From Octopus vulgaris (taxonomy: Eukaryota), in contig OX597823.1 in the NCBI GenBank assembly GCA_951406725.2, forward strand, positions 94,488,001-94,552,000: DNA of 64,000 nt, written 5' to 3'. Below, in pieces: positions 11,625 through 24,254 of this stretch. Position 1 is the first letter of the stretch, and each line of letters begins with the position of its first letter. The notes under the pieces were generated by a model that was not told where the DNA came from, searched no databases, and saw only the letters and a list, made by a program, of their open reading frames with translations. The position numbers were made by a program, and so were the translations under genes.

Positions 11625-12480
11625 ATATAATGAAATTATTGTATACATAGGTGCAGGAGTGGCTGTGCAGTAAAGTAGCTTGCTTACGAACCACATGGTT
11701 CTAGGTTCAGTCCCACTGCGTGGCACCTTGGGCAAGTGTCTTCTACTATAGCCTCGGGCCGACCAAAGCCTTGTGAGTGGATTTGGTAGAGGGAAACTGA
11801 AAGAAGCCCATCGTATATATGTGTGTTTGTGTGTGTGTTTGTCCCCCCAACATTGCTTGACAACCAATGCTGTAACTTAGTGGTTCGGCAAAAGAGACCG
11901 ATAAAATAAGTACTAGGCTTACAGAGAATAAGTCCTGGGGTCGATTTGCTCGACTACAGGCGGTGCTCCAGCATGGCTGCAGTCAAATGACTGAAACAAG
12001 TAAAAGAGTAAAAGAGTAGAAAGAGTGCTCAGGTGCACCACAACTTGTCAAAAGTGCATATAAAGCATATGCAGTAATGTACAAATGTCTAGAAAGTGAA
12101 CAGTGTATGGGTCAGATACATGCTTGCATGTGCATGGAGATGGAGAAAATCAGGTGTAGTGTTGGCGAATCTCAGGAAGCATGGAAGTTTTGAAGGATGC
12201 AGTGCTCCGACAACTAACAACTGATGCCGGCAGTTTGTTCCATGCTTCAGCAACTCTTAGTGTGAAAAAAATGTTTCCGAAAGTCATGGGAGCTGTGCTG
12301 TTTTCTGACTTTGTAAGCATGTTCATGGGTGTTAGACAGGTGGAGTTTGAAAAGGTGCTCAGAGTTATTGTTTGTAAGATGGTTAATAATTTTATGGGTG
12401 TCTGCCAAGTCAGCTGCCAGACGTTAGAGTTTCAATGTATCCATGCCCAGGGAAGTAAGGCGTTCAGAATATGTCTCATG
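11625..12480 (-). mobile_element. CR1-clade LINE 3' fragment (interrupted by a SINE); second copy 16803-17068
   Basis: Minus translation YSERLTSLGMDTLKL*RLAADL...NTHEHAYKV...FRKHFFTLRVAEAWNKLPASVVSC.STASFK is the typical CR1 ORF2 C-terminus; the 3' end has a (TTA)n tail in the 16803 copy. Confidence 0.85.
11648..12024 (+). mobile_element. Near full-length family A CORE-type tRNA SINE inserted in a CR1 3' end
   Basis: Head GGTGCAGGAGTGGCTGTGCAG..., B box GGTTCAGTCCC, GGCACCTTGGGCAAGTGTCTT, internal (TG)n, 3' stem CAGTCAAATGACTG and (AAAGAGTA)n tail. Further copies at about 13875, 15485, 16165, 17180, 17356, 18853, 20410, 22510, 23070, 25135, 26447, 28243, 37057, 41280, 50797, 53755, 56525, 57345, 59285 and 62440. 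Confidence 0.9.
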
Positions 12481-12744
12481 TGGTCTGGGGTTCCATCCCA
12501 CTGTGCAGTACTTTGGACAAGTGTCTTCCGCTACAGGCCCCAGTCCAACCAAAGACTTGGGAGTGTATTTGGTAGACAGAAATTTAAAGAAGCTTATCAC
12601 ACACGCACACACCTGTGTGTGTGTGTAAGCACAGCTGTGTGGTAAGAAGTTTGCTTTCCAAACACATGGTTCCAGGTTCAGCTTCAATGTGTGGCACATT
12701 GGGCAAGTGTCTTTTACTATAGCCTCAGGTCAACCAAAGCATAC

Positions 12745-13870
12745 ATGCTGTTTAGATGACTGCAAAAAATATCTGAGTAAATTCTTTTTGAAAGCCAGTG
12801 TGGATTTTGTTTTGGAGACCCAAGAATATGATTTTCGTGTTGTGATAAATTCAGGGAAAGGTTATTGAACAATAAGACCCAGTTTTTGTGGCATTCATTG
12901 AATTTATGAAGGCTTTTGATAGTGTGAGAAAAGAAGGTTCATGGACCCGGCTCCAAAAAAAATCAGTGTCTGGAGAAATTTGAGGAGTCAGTTCCTTGAC
13001 AGTATGTCAATCATGATCCGTCTTGAGTGAGACAGTTTGGCTTAATTTTCAGTCACTCAAGGAATGAGGCAGGGCTATGTGCTCATTCCATTGTTATTTG
13101 TGTTATTTCTGGGAGCTGTGTTTGAAAACAAAGCAAGTGATTTCCCATAAAGAGTTGATGGTGAATTGTCAAACCTATCTAGGCTAAGATCCACTATGAA
13201 GGGCCATGATATATATATATGAGAGTTCTACTCTGATGATGTCTCAGCTGGAGTAAACCACTATTGGAAGATATCCAGAAAATTACGCATCATTTTGAAT
13301 GTATAGCAACAGCTTTCAATATATCAATAAAGGTAAAAAATAAGAGGTGATCAAAGTCTTGTCAACCTGAACACAGAGTACTGAAACATGCATGAGTCAC
13401 CAAGAGTCACCAAGAGTCACCAAGAATCTTGATCATGAGTCATCCTCGAAGTGTGGTGAAGAATTTTACATATTTGGGTAGCACAATCCCTGATGACAAC
13501 AGGCAGAGGGGGCTTCAGTATGTCGTCAGCTGCAAGCATTTTCGGAAAGTTCAACGACTGACTGGGAAAACAACAACCCATAAAACTGTCGACAAAATGC
13601 CGAGTGTGCCAAATTATGGTCCAACCCTGTCTGTTGTGTTTCACTGAGATCCATATTCTGTGTTGTCAACCTATTAAAAAGCTGATCAGCTGCCAGTTAT
13701 GTTGCATATGGATACAGCCCAGAATAAACATTTCTTGGTGAGACTAAATCTCCTGCCACGAGATCTTGCAGTGCACAAGTATGATTATTTGTGGTTATCC
13801 TACTGGAACTGCAGAGGAATCAAGTGGGTCATGTGATCCGCATTGAAGGCATTAGCATTCCCAGAACTGT
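12745..13870 (+). mobile_element. Heavily decayed RTE/BovB-like LINE reverse transcriptase region
   Basis: Fragments ESQCGF, FVAFIEFMKAFDSV, QGMRQGYVLIPLLF, DGELSNLSRLRS, YSDD, VVKNFTYLGSTI and VGHVIRIE, with many stops and frameshifts. Confidence 0.8.
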
Positions 13871-14528
13871 CTTGATCTTTTACTTGTTTCAACCGTTTAG
13901 AATGTGGCCATGCTGGGGCACCACTTTGAAGAATTTTCAGTCAAATGTATCAATTGCAGTACTTATTTTTTTAAAGCCTTATTCTATCAGCTTCTTTTGC
14001 CAAACTGTTAGGTTACAGGGACATAAACACACCAACATCAATTGAATGATGGTGGTGGGGGAATGATACACACACAGAAATATAGACAGACAGACAGATG
14101 GATAGATACATAAATATATAGATAGATAGATAGATGCACGTAAAAAGCACCCACTACACTCACGGAGTGGTTGGCATTAGGAATGGCATCCAGCCATAGA
14201 AACATTACCAGATCAGACTGGGCCTGGTGCAGCCCTCTGGCCTCCCAGACCCCAGTTGAACCGTCCAACCCATGCTAGCATGGAAAGCGGACGCTAAATG
14301 ATGATGATGATATATACATATATATATTCATATATATATATGTATGTATGTTTGTATATATATATATCCATATTCACACACACACACACATATATATATA
14401 TACATACACACACACATAAAATTCGCATTCTTTTGTCATATTTTTTCTTTAGTCGTTTCAATATTTGTCGTTGTCTCTTTCCCTCCCCCTCTCTCTTTCT
14501 TTCTCACTCTTTCTCTCCCTCTCTCTTA

Positions 14529-14561
<33 letters not shown>

Positions 14562-14880
14562 AGAAACCAATACCCATCAGACATTCAGATATCAAAGATC
14601 TTGAACTAATAACATCATTGTTTAACAACAAGGCAAGGTGCCACAGCAGGATTTTTAAACTTTTGGCTGTTGTTAATAATGATGGTGATGGAGCTACTGG
14701 CAATGGTGGTGCTGGTAGTGGAGGAGTTGTGAGGGGGTGAGGGGTGTTCTGGCATGAATTTTACATTGCACCAGTTATTCATCTTTAGTACCTAAACTAT
14801 GGTCTCTTCATTAGAGATATATGCTGGCAGCCAAAGAGAGTGTATTTCCAATGCTGTCTGAATGTGTGTGTGTGTGTGTG

Positions 14881-14916
<36 letters not shown>

Positions 14917-15004
14917 CTGATAAAATCAGATTGTAATAGATAATGTAAAGATTCTAAGATTCTAAAAATAATTAATAATTAATTTGGAATGTTGTGTTCA
15001 GTTG

Positions 15005-15078
<74 letters not shown>

Positions 15079-15121
15079 GTATGCATGTATGTTATATATG
15101 TGTGCGTATATATCTATATAA

Positions 15122-15168
<47 letters not shown>

Positions 15169-15189
15169 CTCTGCTGTTTTTAATTATTT

Positions 15190-15480
15190 GAATTCTTTCT
15201 TTGAAGGAGGAGCCAGTTTCTAACAAAGATACAAAGTTCCATCATTGAAATGTAGTTAACAAAAACAAATTCACACTTTGAACTTGAGAAAAGTCTCGCA
15301 TATCTTTACTGTTCCACTTACAGATTGTATTTCTAATGTGTGAGTTGGTTGGTTGATATCTTTTTCTGAAAACCCAAGCTTGTCTAGACTGACAGTTCGG
15401 CATTTACTCACAAAAGCAAGTGCACCGATCATTATTGGTGTAAACGTGAATTTATAGTCTGGATGTAGAAGCTGGATGTT
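15190..15480 (-). mobile_element. 3' end of an RLE-type non-LTR retrotransposon
   Basis: ORF 15271-15540 tail IQLLHPDYKFTFTPIMIGALAFV...LDKLGF...IQSVSGTVKICETFLKF* resembles the RLE endonuclease C-terminus (P..IGALG). Confidence 0.65.
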
Positions 15481-16389
15481 TTGAACCAGTGTTGGTGTGT
15501 TTACATCCCTGTAACTTAGCAATTTGGCAAAAGAGTTCAATAAGATAGGCCTTAGAAAAAATAAGTCTTGGGGTCAAGTTGTTTGACCAAAAACCTTTCG
15601 AGGTGGTGCTCCAGCATGGCCACAGTCAAATGACTGAAACAAGTAAACGAATAAAAGAATGTGCGTGTATGTGTGTGTGTGTGTAAAAATATTGTTTGTT
15701 GCAAGTACATAAGGCCATGAACATTACATATAGAGTGTTGTTTTTTATGTCCAGGGCCTTTGGCCTTTCAACATATTTTTGTCATAAATCAAAAATCAAA
15801 GAATCGCTTTGTACTGTTCCATGCCTGCCCTTCTTAAAAGCTATTTCCTGTTAAATCTGTATCACTTATCAGCAATCACAAATCCTGGATATTTTCTGAC
15901 AACTTAACAAGCTAAGCACTTTTCTAAAAAGAAAGAAATCTATAAAAGCTAACCTTACTTCAACTACAAGTTCTTCAAGAATATTCTTTCACTACTTCAA
16001 GAGTGAAAAACTGTCTCTCAGTCGTTATCGGTCTTCTGACACAAAACCTGACACCTTGAAGTGGTTCCTTGAATACATGGTTTCACACGTCTTTAAGGAA
16101 CAAAGAAAGTTCTTTCTTCTTCTTTGCAATGATTAACCTCTTGGCGTTGAGATTACTTGTTTAGCTTTTACTCATTTTGTTCCTTAGACTGTGGCCAGAC
16201 TGGAGCACTGCCTAGATAAAGTTTTTACTTGAATGAATTGACACCAGCCTTTTCTAATTTTTTTAAAACCTGGTACACATTATATCAATCTCCTTTTGTT
16301 GAATAGAGACATAAGAAAACCAACACTGTTTGTCAAGCAGTGTGGGCAACAAACACAAACACGCACACACATATATATATACACGCATA

Positions 16390-16552
16390 TTTTTTTATTC
16401 TCTCTTTGTTTATTTTCTCATGTTCCTTTCTGTTGAAGAGCGTAGGCTCAAAACATAAAAGACTATCTCACCTTCCCGAGCGTTAAACTAATAAACCTGT
16501 TTGTTGTTTACACACCTGTCTTAATCTTTTGTTTTTTGTAAATTCCAACTAT
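16390..16552 (+). mobile_element. Penelope-like short repeat family HH6 with a variant hammerhead; copies 37225-37415 and 47183-47308, related 58080-58370
   Basis: Consensus CTTT CTGTTGA AGAGC-GTAG-GCTC GAAA CG TA AAAG; shared 3' end joined to (TA)n. Confidence 0.65.
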
Positions 16553-17559
16553 ATATATACACACACACACAATGGACATCTTTCAGTTTCCATCGACCAA
16601 ATCCTCTCCAAGACTTTGTTCAGCCCAAGGCTATACTAAAAGACACCAAACCAAGGTACCATGTGGTTGGAAAGCAAGGTTCTTACCACACAGCCATGCT
16701 GTCACCTACTCTGTCAAACATATTGCATGTTTATTCATCTTGCTTTGAAGTAATCCTGCATTATCTCATAAACTTTGAGACTTCAATGATGTAACTGTTT
16801 ATTATAATAATAATGAAATTATTGTATACAGTGCTCAGGTGCACCACAACTTGTCAGAAAGTGCGTATAGAGTATATGCAGTAATGTACAAATGTCTGGA
16901 AAGCGAACGGTGTATGAGTCAGATACATGCTTGCGTGTGTATGGAGGGGAGAAAATCAGGTGTAGTGTTGGCGAATCTCAGGAAGCATGGAAGTTTTGAA
17001 GGATGCAGTGCTCCGACAACTAATAACTGATGCCGGCAGTTTGTTCTATGCTTCAGCAACTCTTAGCATGATTTTATTCCTTAAAATGACATTGTAGGTT
17101 ATGTGCAAGGAGCCAGATCTGACTGGTACCAACATAAAAGAGTAGAATATTTGGGCCAGATATGGTTGGTTTAAATGTGAGTAGATTTGGTAGATGGAAA
17201 TTGAAAGGGGTCAGTCTTATATATATAAATGTATGTGTGTCTCATTGTGTCTGTGTTTGTCCCCCACTATAACCTGACAACCGGTGATGGTGTGGTTACC
17301 TCTGTGTAACTTAGCAGTTTGGCAAAAGAGACCAATAGAATAGGTACCTGGGGTTACTCTTTTACTTGTTTCAGTCATTTGACTGTGGCCATGCTGGAGC
17401 AATGCCTTTAGTCAAGCAAATCGACCTCAGGACTTATTCTTTGTAAGCCTAGTACTTATTCTATCAGTCTCTTTTGCCGTACTGCTAAGTTACAGGGACA
17501 TAAACACACCAACATTTGTTGTCAAGCAATGGTGGGAAGACAAACACAGACACACAAAT

Positions 17560-17607
<48 letters not shown>

Positions 17608-18084
17608 GCAACAGGCTTCTTTCAGTTTCCATCGACCAAATCCACTCACAAGGCCTTGGTCGGCCCAAGGCTATAGTAGAAGACACTTGCCCAAGGTAAC
17701 TCACAGTGGGACTGAACCCACACCCATGTGGTTGGGAAGCAAGCTTCTTACCACACAGCCACTCCTGTGCCTATGTTTAATTTAACCAAAATTCCTCAAG
17801 GCAGTGCCCCAGCATGGCCACAGTCTAATGAATGAAACATGTAAAGGAATAAACATAAAAGACTGTCAACAGATAAGGACCAGAGTGGCGTTTGGCAAAT
17901 GTTTTGGAAACCTGCATGGTGGGTGTTTTATAAATGATGTTAATTCTTTAATCCCTGCAGGAGATGTTAACAAGATGGATTAAGAGTTAATTATTTACAC
18001 GTGTTAATCCGAAACATTACAGCCTGGCAAGGTTGATGCTGCATCAATAATCTTGACACTCCCTGTATTTTCTCTTCACAAAAA

Positions 18085-18645
18085 TTGCTGTTGTTTTTGT
18101 TGCTGCTGTTGTTGTTGTTGTTGTTGTTGTTTTTGTTCCTGCTGCTGCTGTTGTGGCTGCTACTGCTGCTGCTACAGGTAGCAGTTTTGTGTTGGTTGTT
18201 GATATTGTCGGTGATGATGGTGATGGTGGTGGCAATGGTGGGGGGGGAGAGGTATATGACAACGATAACAACAGCGATGATGATGATGATCACGACAACA
18301 ATGACAACAATGATGATGGTGATGGTGGTGGTGGTGGTGGAGTGGTTTGGGACGACGACGACGACGACGACGACGATGATGGTAGTGGCAATGGTGGGGG
18401 GAGAGGTATATGACAACGATAACAACAGCGATGATGATGACGATGACGATGATGACAATGATGATGATGATGATGGTGGTGGTGGTAGTAGTTGTGGGGG
18501 TGGGGTGGTAGGGGATGATGACGATGACAATGATGATGACGATGATGATGACGATGATGATGGTGATGATGGTAGTGGGGGTGGCGTTTGGTGATGTTGA
18601 TGATGATGATGATGACGATGATGAAGATGGTGGTGGTGGTGATGG
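18085..18645. repeat. Compound trinucleotide repeat (TTG/CTG/GAT/GGT/GAC) with an internal ~120-bp duplication
   Basis: ggcaatggtgggggg..agaggtatatgacaacgataacaacagcgatgat occurs at about 18231 and 18388. Confidence 0.9.
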
Positions 18646-19003
18646 TAAAATACCATTGTGTACAGACATTCATAATGTGGATACAAACATGGAATGGTAT
18701 TAGCTGTAATATTTGGTCTCACAGAACACACTCAGTGTGAAATTTCATATCTCTTTTGTCTCAAAGACTGGTTCCAGACTTGCCTGCAGTTCTTCTTGAT
18801 GATGACATGTCACTTCAGAAGATTATTTCGGTAGATTGCCTGTCAGTTCAAACATGGCTGCGTGGTTAAGAAACCTCTTTTGTAAACACAAGGCTTTGGG
18901 TTCAGTCCCACTTTGAGGAACCTTGGCCACCAATGCTTTGTGAGTGAATTTGATAAATGGAAACTGTGTGGAATCTCATCACATATGTGTATGTGTGTGT
19001 GTG

Positions 19004-19037
<34 letters not shown>

Positions 19038-20031
19038 TCTCATCATATATGTGTATGTGTGTGTGTGTGTGTTGTGTGTATATTGCGTGTGTGTGTTTTG
19101 TGTGTGTGGAATCTCATCATATGTGTGTGTGTGTGTGCACGGGTGTGTGTGTGCACGTGTGTGTGCATGTGTGTGTGTATGTGTATGTGTGTGTGGAATC
19201 ACATCATATATGTGTGTGTTGTGCATGGAATCTCATCATATATGTGTACGTGTGTGTGTGCATGTATGTCTTTGTGTGTGTGTCTTTGTATTTGTCTCAC
19301 CCCCACCACCACCACCTCTAATTGATAACTGATGTTGGTTTGTTTATGTCCCCATACCTTAGCAGTAACAGTGGAACTTGAAGCAGATAAAGCTATAAAA
19401 TAACAGCATGCAATCTTACAGCTTCATCAACCATTAAAAATTAATTGCGGCACATTTCTTGAAGTTTCTAAACTCATACAATGTTAACAAGTTTGACTAA
19501 AACCCTTCAAGGTAGTGCTCCGGCATGGCCAAAGTCTGATGACAGAAGCAAGTACAAGGCAGAAAACGAAAAATACTTTTCAAAAAAGAAAACAGAAATA
19601 CAAAAAAAAATTACCTTTTGTAACGAGCAAACTAAAGAAAGCACACACCTTTACCAGAAAAATGGTAAAAAAAGGACAATGGCACTAATTATGTGTTCAG
19701 TTTCACAGGTAAACTGATTAAGCTATTTTGGAATATGCAGCCTGATCTGCTTATTATCGTAGATGAAGATTGGATGAAAGTAGGGCTTTCACTCTTTAGA
19801 ATTCATTGAAACTGCTGGAATCCATATTTAGCAAGACACACCCAAGATCAAAACATGGAATATATGAAGAGAGGTACATATTAATATATGTGGGTGTGTG
19901 TGTGTATGTCTGTGTGTGTGTATATGTGTGTATATATGTGTGTGTATGTGTTGTGTGTGTGTTGTGTGTGTATGTTGTGTGTGTGTATATATACACACAT
20001 ATATATAGAGAGAGAGATAGGTGGATGCCTA

Positions 20032-20063
<32 letters not shown>

Positions 20064-20668
20064 TGTATGTATAAACGATGATGATGATGATGATGATGAT
20101 ATATGCATGTATGTATGTATTTATATATATGCACAAAAACACACAAAAACACACACAAACACACACACACACACACGCACATGGTGGCACACACTCTTAT
20201 GTAAATAAATATTTATAGTGACACAGTTTCATGCATGAACGCCTTTACATGCAGCTACGCATGGAATCAGAAGATAACTTACTTTCACTGATGCACAACA
20301 GACAAACATGCAGGATCATGCATCACTGCAATCATGTGCAGATGCACAAACACACACATACGCACAATGCCATTCATTAACACATACACATGTACAAATA
20401 TAAACATGTATTCTTTTATTCTTATATTCTTTTATTCGTTTCAGTCATTTGACTGCGGCCATGCTGGAGCATTGCCTTTAGTCGAACAAATCGACCCCAG
20501 GACTTATTCTTTGTAAGCCTAGTACTTATTGTATCAGTCTCTTTTGCCGAACCACTAAGTTACGGGGACATAAACACACCAGTATCAGTTGTCAGGCAAT
20601 GTTGGGTGGGGACAAACACAGACATACAAATCAGCATCGTCGTTTAACGTCCGCTTTTCATAGGTTGG

Positions 20669-20705
<37 letters not shown>

Positions 20706-20708
20706 TAG

Positions 20709-20771
<63 letters not shown>

Positions 20772-20779
20772 AATAAGAA

Positions 20780-21395
20780 AATGGAAGGGATCAATAGGTG
20801 GCATTCATAAACTTTTAGACATTAGGGAATTTTAACCATGTTTCGTGGTCTGCTACCACAACAGCTCCTTTATAGGATCCAGCTAGCTCAAGACATCATA
20901 AGGAGGAACCACGTCCGGTTTCAGCCCCTACTCCTCTACCGTTTTGACATGGCACCCCACCCCTTTCGGAGGTGCCTTCAGCTCTGGAGTTGGGTGCATG
21001 TCTTCTTTCTTCTGTTCCCTGGCCTCTTCGATGTAGCACCAACAAGTGTCAGCGGGCGACTGACTGTCTTGTCAAATTTTTTCCCTTCAAATACCTGCTG
21101 CTAGGCTCCAGCAGGCAGCCCCACCAAGTTGTCACGTGACACTGTCTCAACTTTAACTGACCAACGAAGGCATGTAGTCTTAGCCCATGCATTCTCTAAA
21201 TGAGACTGTCACCTGTCAATCAGCAAAGCTAATTCAGTGTCAGCTTTTCTCACTTAGTGCTGTTATTTTCCGCCGGCATGTTATGACTTTCAAGCCATTT
21301 TTGGTCTTCCCACTTCAGCCATATATAGAAGCTGGCTTTTTCGACCACCTCCTGTATTCTCTTTATTAGTTTTCTCAGCTCCAAGCTGGAAAAAA
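20780..21395 (-). mobile_element. 3' end of an RLE non-LTR retrotransposon (Hero-like)
   Basis: Minus translation SSLELRKLIKRIQEVVEKASFYIWLKWEDQKW resembles the EKAS.W.W..R.D..W C-terminus of Hero-type RLE elements; a GC-richer 3'UTR follows. Confidence 0.55.
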
Positions 21396-21450
21396 CAAAT
21401 TATAACAATATACATACATGTATAACATATTATGCTTTACATATACATAA

Positions 21451-21481
<31 letters not shown>

Positions 21482-21600
21482 TATAATATAATATAATAAT
21501 ATAATATAATATAATATAATATAATATAATATAATATAATATAATATAAAAATACCAGTAATTATTAAAATATATAACATACAGGAATAGAAATTGGGAA

Positions 21601-21730
21601 AATATCTTACAGCTGTTTCAGCCAAGAGGCAAAAATACCTCATCCTACCTTTATCACTCCAGTAGACTGAAGTAATTAGCAGATGAAATTGAGGTACTTG
21701 GGTTTTTCTCTAGGCTTCATCAGAAATTTT
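21601..21730 (-). ncRNA. Type I hammerhead motif with long stem II (HH2)
   Basis: Minus strand: AAATTT CTGATGA AGCCTAGAG...AGTACCTCA...TGAGGTATT...CTCTTGGCT GAAA CAGCTG TA AGAT; palindromic stem III ACAGCTGT, triplet GUA. Confidence 0.65.
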
Positions 21731-21880
21731 AGAAAGTACATAAGGTTAACTTATAAATATAAATATACACACATATACATACTTATACATATACATACAC
21801 ATACTTAAATATACATAAATACATATACTTACACTTAATAGTACATACATATTTGCATGTATATGCATACACAAGAATCA

Positions 21881-21938
<58 letters not shown>

Positions 21939-22087
21939 GATGCATTATATTATTCATATTAGGTAAAATATAAACAGAGGTTCTGAGAAAGTTATAAGAG
22001 GAGTAATATTGTAATTTATAAAATCAATATATCTTATTAGTTATGTAAGGATGAAACTGTATAATACATGAGGAATACACATACACT

Positions 22088-22134
<47 letters not shown>

Positions 22135-22254
22135 TATCTCTGCTCAAATGTACTCATAGGTACATACGTATTATGTGTGTTTAGAAGGGAGGATAAGTGC
22201 AGTTGTTCATATCATTATAATTACATAATATAATTACAACAATAAAACACAAAC

Positions 22255-22500
22255 TAATATATATTTTAATATAAACATGTGATGTATTTATTTCTCCGTT
22301 ATTTTTTTTATTTATGTAGTAGGGAATGTGTGTGTCTGTTTGTCTGTATGTGTGCATCACTAAAACTCAGGAACTATCTAACCGAATTCATTCAAATTTT
22401 ACACATGCCTTACTTAGGGTCCATGCAGTGTCATGGGCCAAAAAAATACTCAATTTCTTGCCTAATGCGAGCCCAGACCAATCTCTTTTCTCTTAGGCTA
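22255..22500 (+). mobile_element. Possible Helitron-derived short repeat
   Basis: gtgtgtctgtttgtctgtatg...aaaactcaggaactatctaaccgaattcattcaaattttacaca resembles non-autonomous Helitron 5' regions; termini unclear. Confidence 0.35.
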
Positions 22501-22750
22501 TTTCAGTATTATATGTATTACGTGCAGTTTGGCAATAGAGACTGATAGAATAAGAACTGGGCTCACACAGAATAAATCCTGTGGTTGATTTGTTCAACCA
22601 ACGGTGGTGCACCAGTATGGCCACACAGCATGACTGAAACAAGTAAAACAATAAAAAAACTACACTATTTTAATCCCAAGCAAGGCCAGATATCTCTTTT
22701 AGTATGTGCGTTTGTGTGTGTGGATGTATGTATATGTATGGTATATATAC

Positions 22751-22806
<56 letters not shown>

Positions 22807-23031
22807 AAGCATGGCCGTCTGCCAGCCTCGTCTGGCACCTGTGTTGGTGGCACATAAAATCACCCACTACACTCTCGGAGTGGTTGGCGTTAGGAAGGGC
22901 ATCCAGCTGTAGAAACACTGCCAGATCTGACTGGCCTGGTGCAGCCTTCGGGCTTGCCAGACCCCAGTTGAACCGTCCAACCCATGCTAGCATGGAAAGC
23001 GGACGTTAAACGATGATGATGATGATGATGA

Positions 23032-23072
<41 letters not shown>

Positions 23073-23845
23073 TTTTACTCTTTTACTTGTTTCAGTCATT
23101 TGACAGCAGCCATGCTGGAGCACCATCTTTAGTCGAACAAGTCGACACCCCACCCCCAGGACTTATTCTTTGCAGGCCAAGTACTTATTCTATCAGTCTC
23201 TATTGCTGAACCACTAATGTTATGGGGATGTAAACACACCAACATCAGTTGTGAAGTGATGGTTTGATTGGGGCAAACACAGACACACAAATATATGCAT
23301 ACATACACACACATGCACAAATATATACATATACATATATTATATATATATATATATATACAATGGGCTTCTTTCAGTTTCTGTTTACAAAATCCACTCA
23401 CAAGGTTTTGGTCAACCTGAGGCTATAGCAGAAGACACTTGCCCAAGGTGCCACACAGTGGGACTGAACCCACAACCATGTGGTTGGGAAGCAAGCTTCT
23501 TACCACATTGTTTAAAATATTTAACTATAGTACTACATGATAAGATATCCCCTGTTTCATTATCAATGGTCTTCTAGTGGGCGACCCCCTTAATTATCAG
23601 TTAACACCTTGTTTTAAGTTTTCCTTTTCCAAACCACATGATATTGCTTCTAATAAATCTTGATTTTTATTACTATATCCACAATAATTTCTGTCTGCTC
23701 CCTCAGCCCTACTCCTAACAGATACTGCCTTCTGTTCTGTCAGCCTTAGATAAACAAGGGATTTGAAAAACTAGTCTATAAATTAAAACTGACTCCATAA
23801 AAACAAAAAATCGGTGACAAGCAGAGTCTGTAACAATGTATATCT

Positions 23846-24190
23846 TCTTGGAAAATTCAGTAACTTCTATGCTGGAGTGGAGACAGCATGTTCTTTGTTA
23901 TCTCCTTAACTTCTTGGAGGTTTTAGGTATAATCATACTAATGTGTCCATCTGTTCTAATTTAATTAAATTCTATGTCTTTGTGCAGCTGAAGATTGCTC
24001 TACATTTTAAATTGATGTAATGATTGCTTTGCTCAATTAAATGGAGTTGCATGAAACGATCGTAGTGCATTACCTCTGTATATCCTTGTTGCTTATTTTG
24101 ATTTTAATCACCTTACTTTGAAATTGTATGGATAATACCGTACTAAATTCTAGTGCCTCAATCTAAGTACCATATTCATCTGAATCTATT
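23846..24190 (+). mobile_element. Penelope-like terminal repeat family HH3 with a hammerhead at 23983-24069
   Basis: TGCAG CTGAAGA TTGC...GCAT GAAA CGATCG TA GTGCA; homologous to 36404-36753. Confidence 0.7.
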
Positions 24191-24205
24191 TATCTATCTA
24201 TCTAT

Positions 24206-24254
<49 letters not shown>

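Noticed and set aside
11648-11720. tRNA genes
   Set aside because: The A/B boxes are SINE heads continuing into SINE bodies; no cloverleaf with acceptor stem is apparent.
11978-12005. SINE 3' stem CAGTCAAATGACTG-AAAC as a ribozyme stem II
   Set aside because: No upstream CUGANGA; consistent with a LINE-recognition stem-loop.
20832-20870. Hammerhead on the minus strand (GTGGT-AGCAG-ACCAC GAAACATGG)
   Set aside because: No CUGANGA in register and no stem I; more likely a 3'UTR stem-loop of the Hero-like element.
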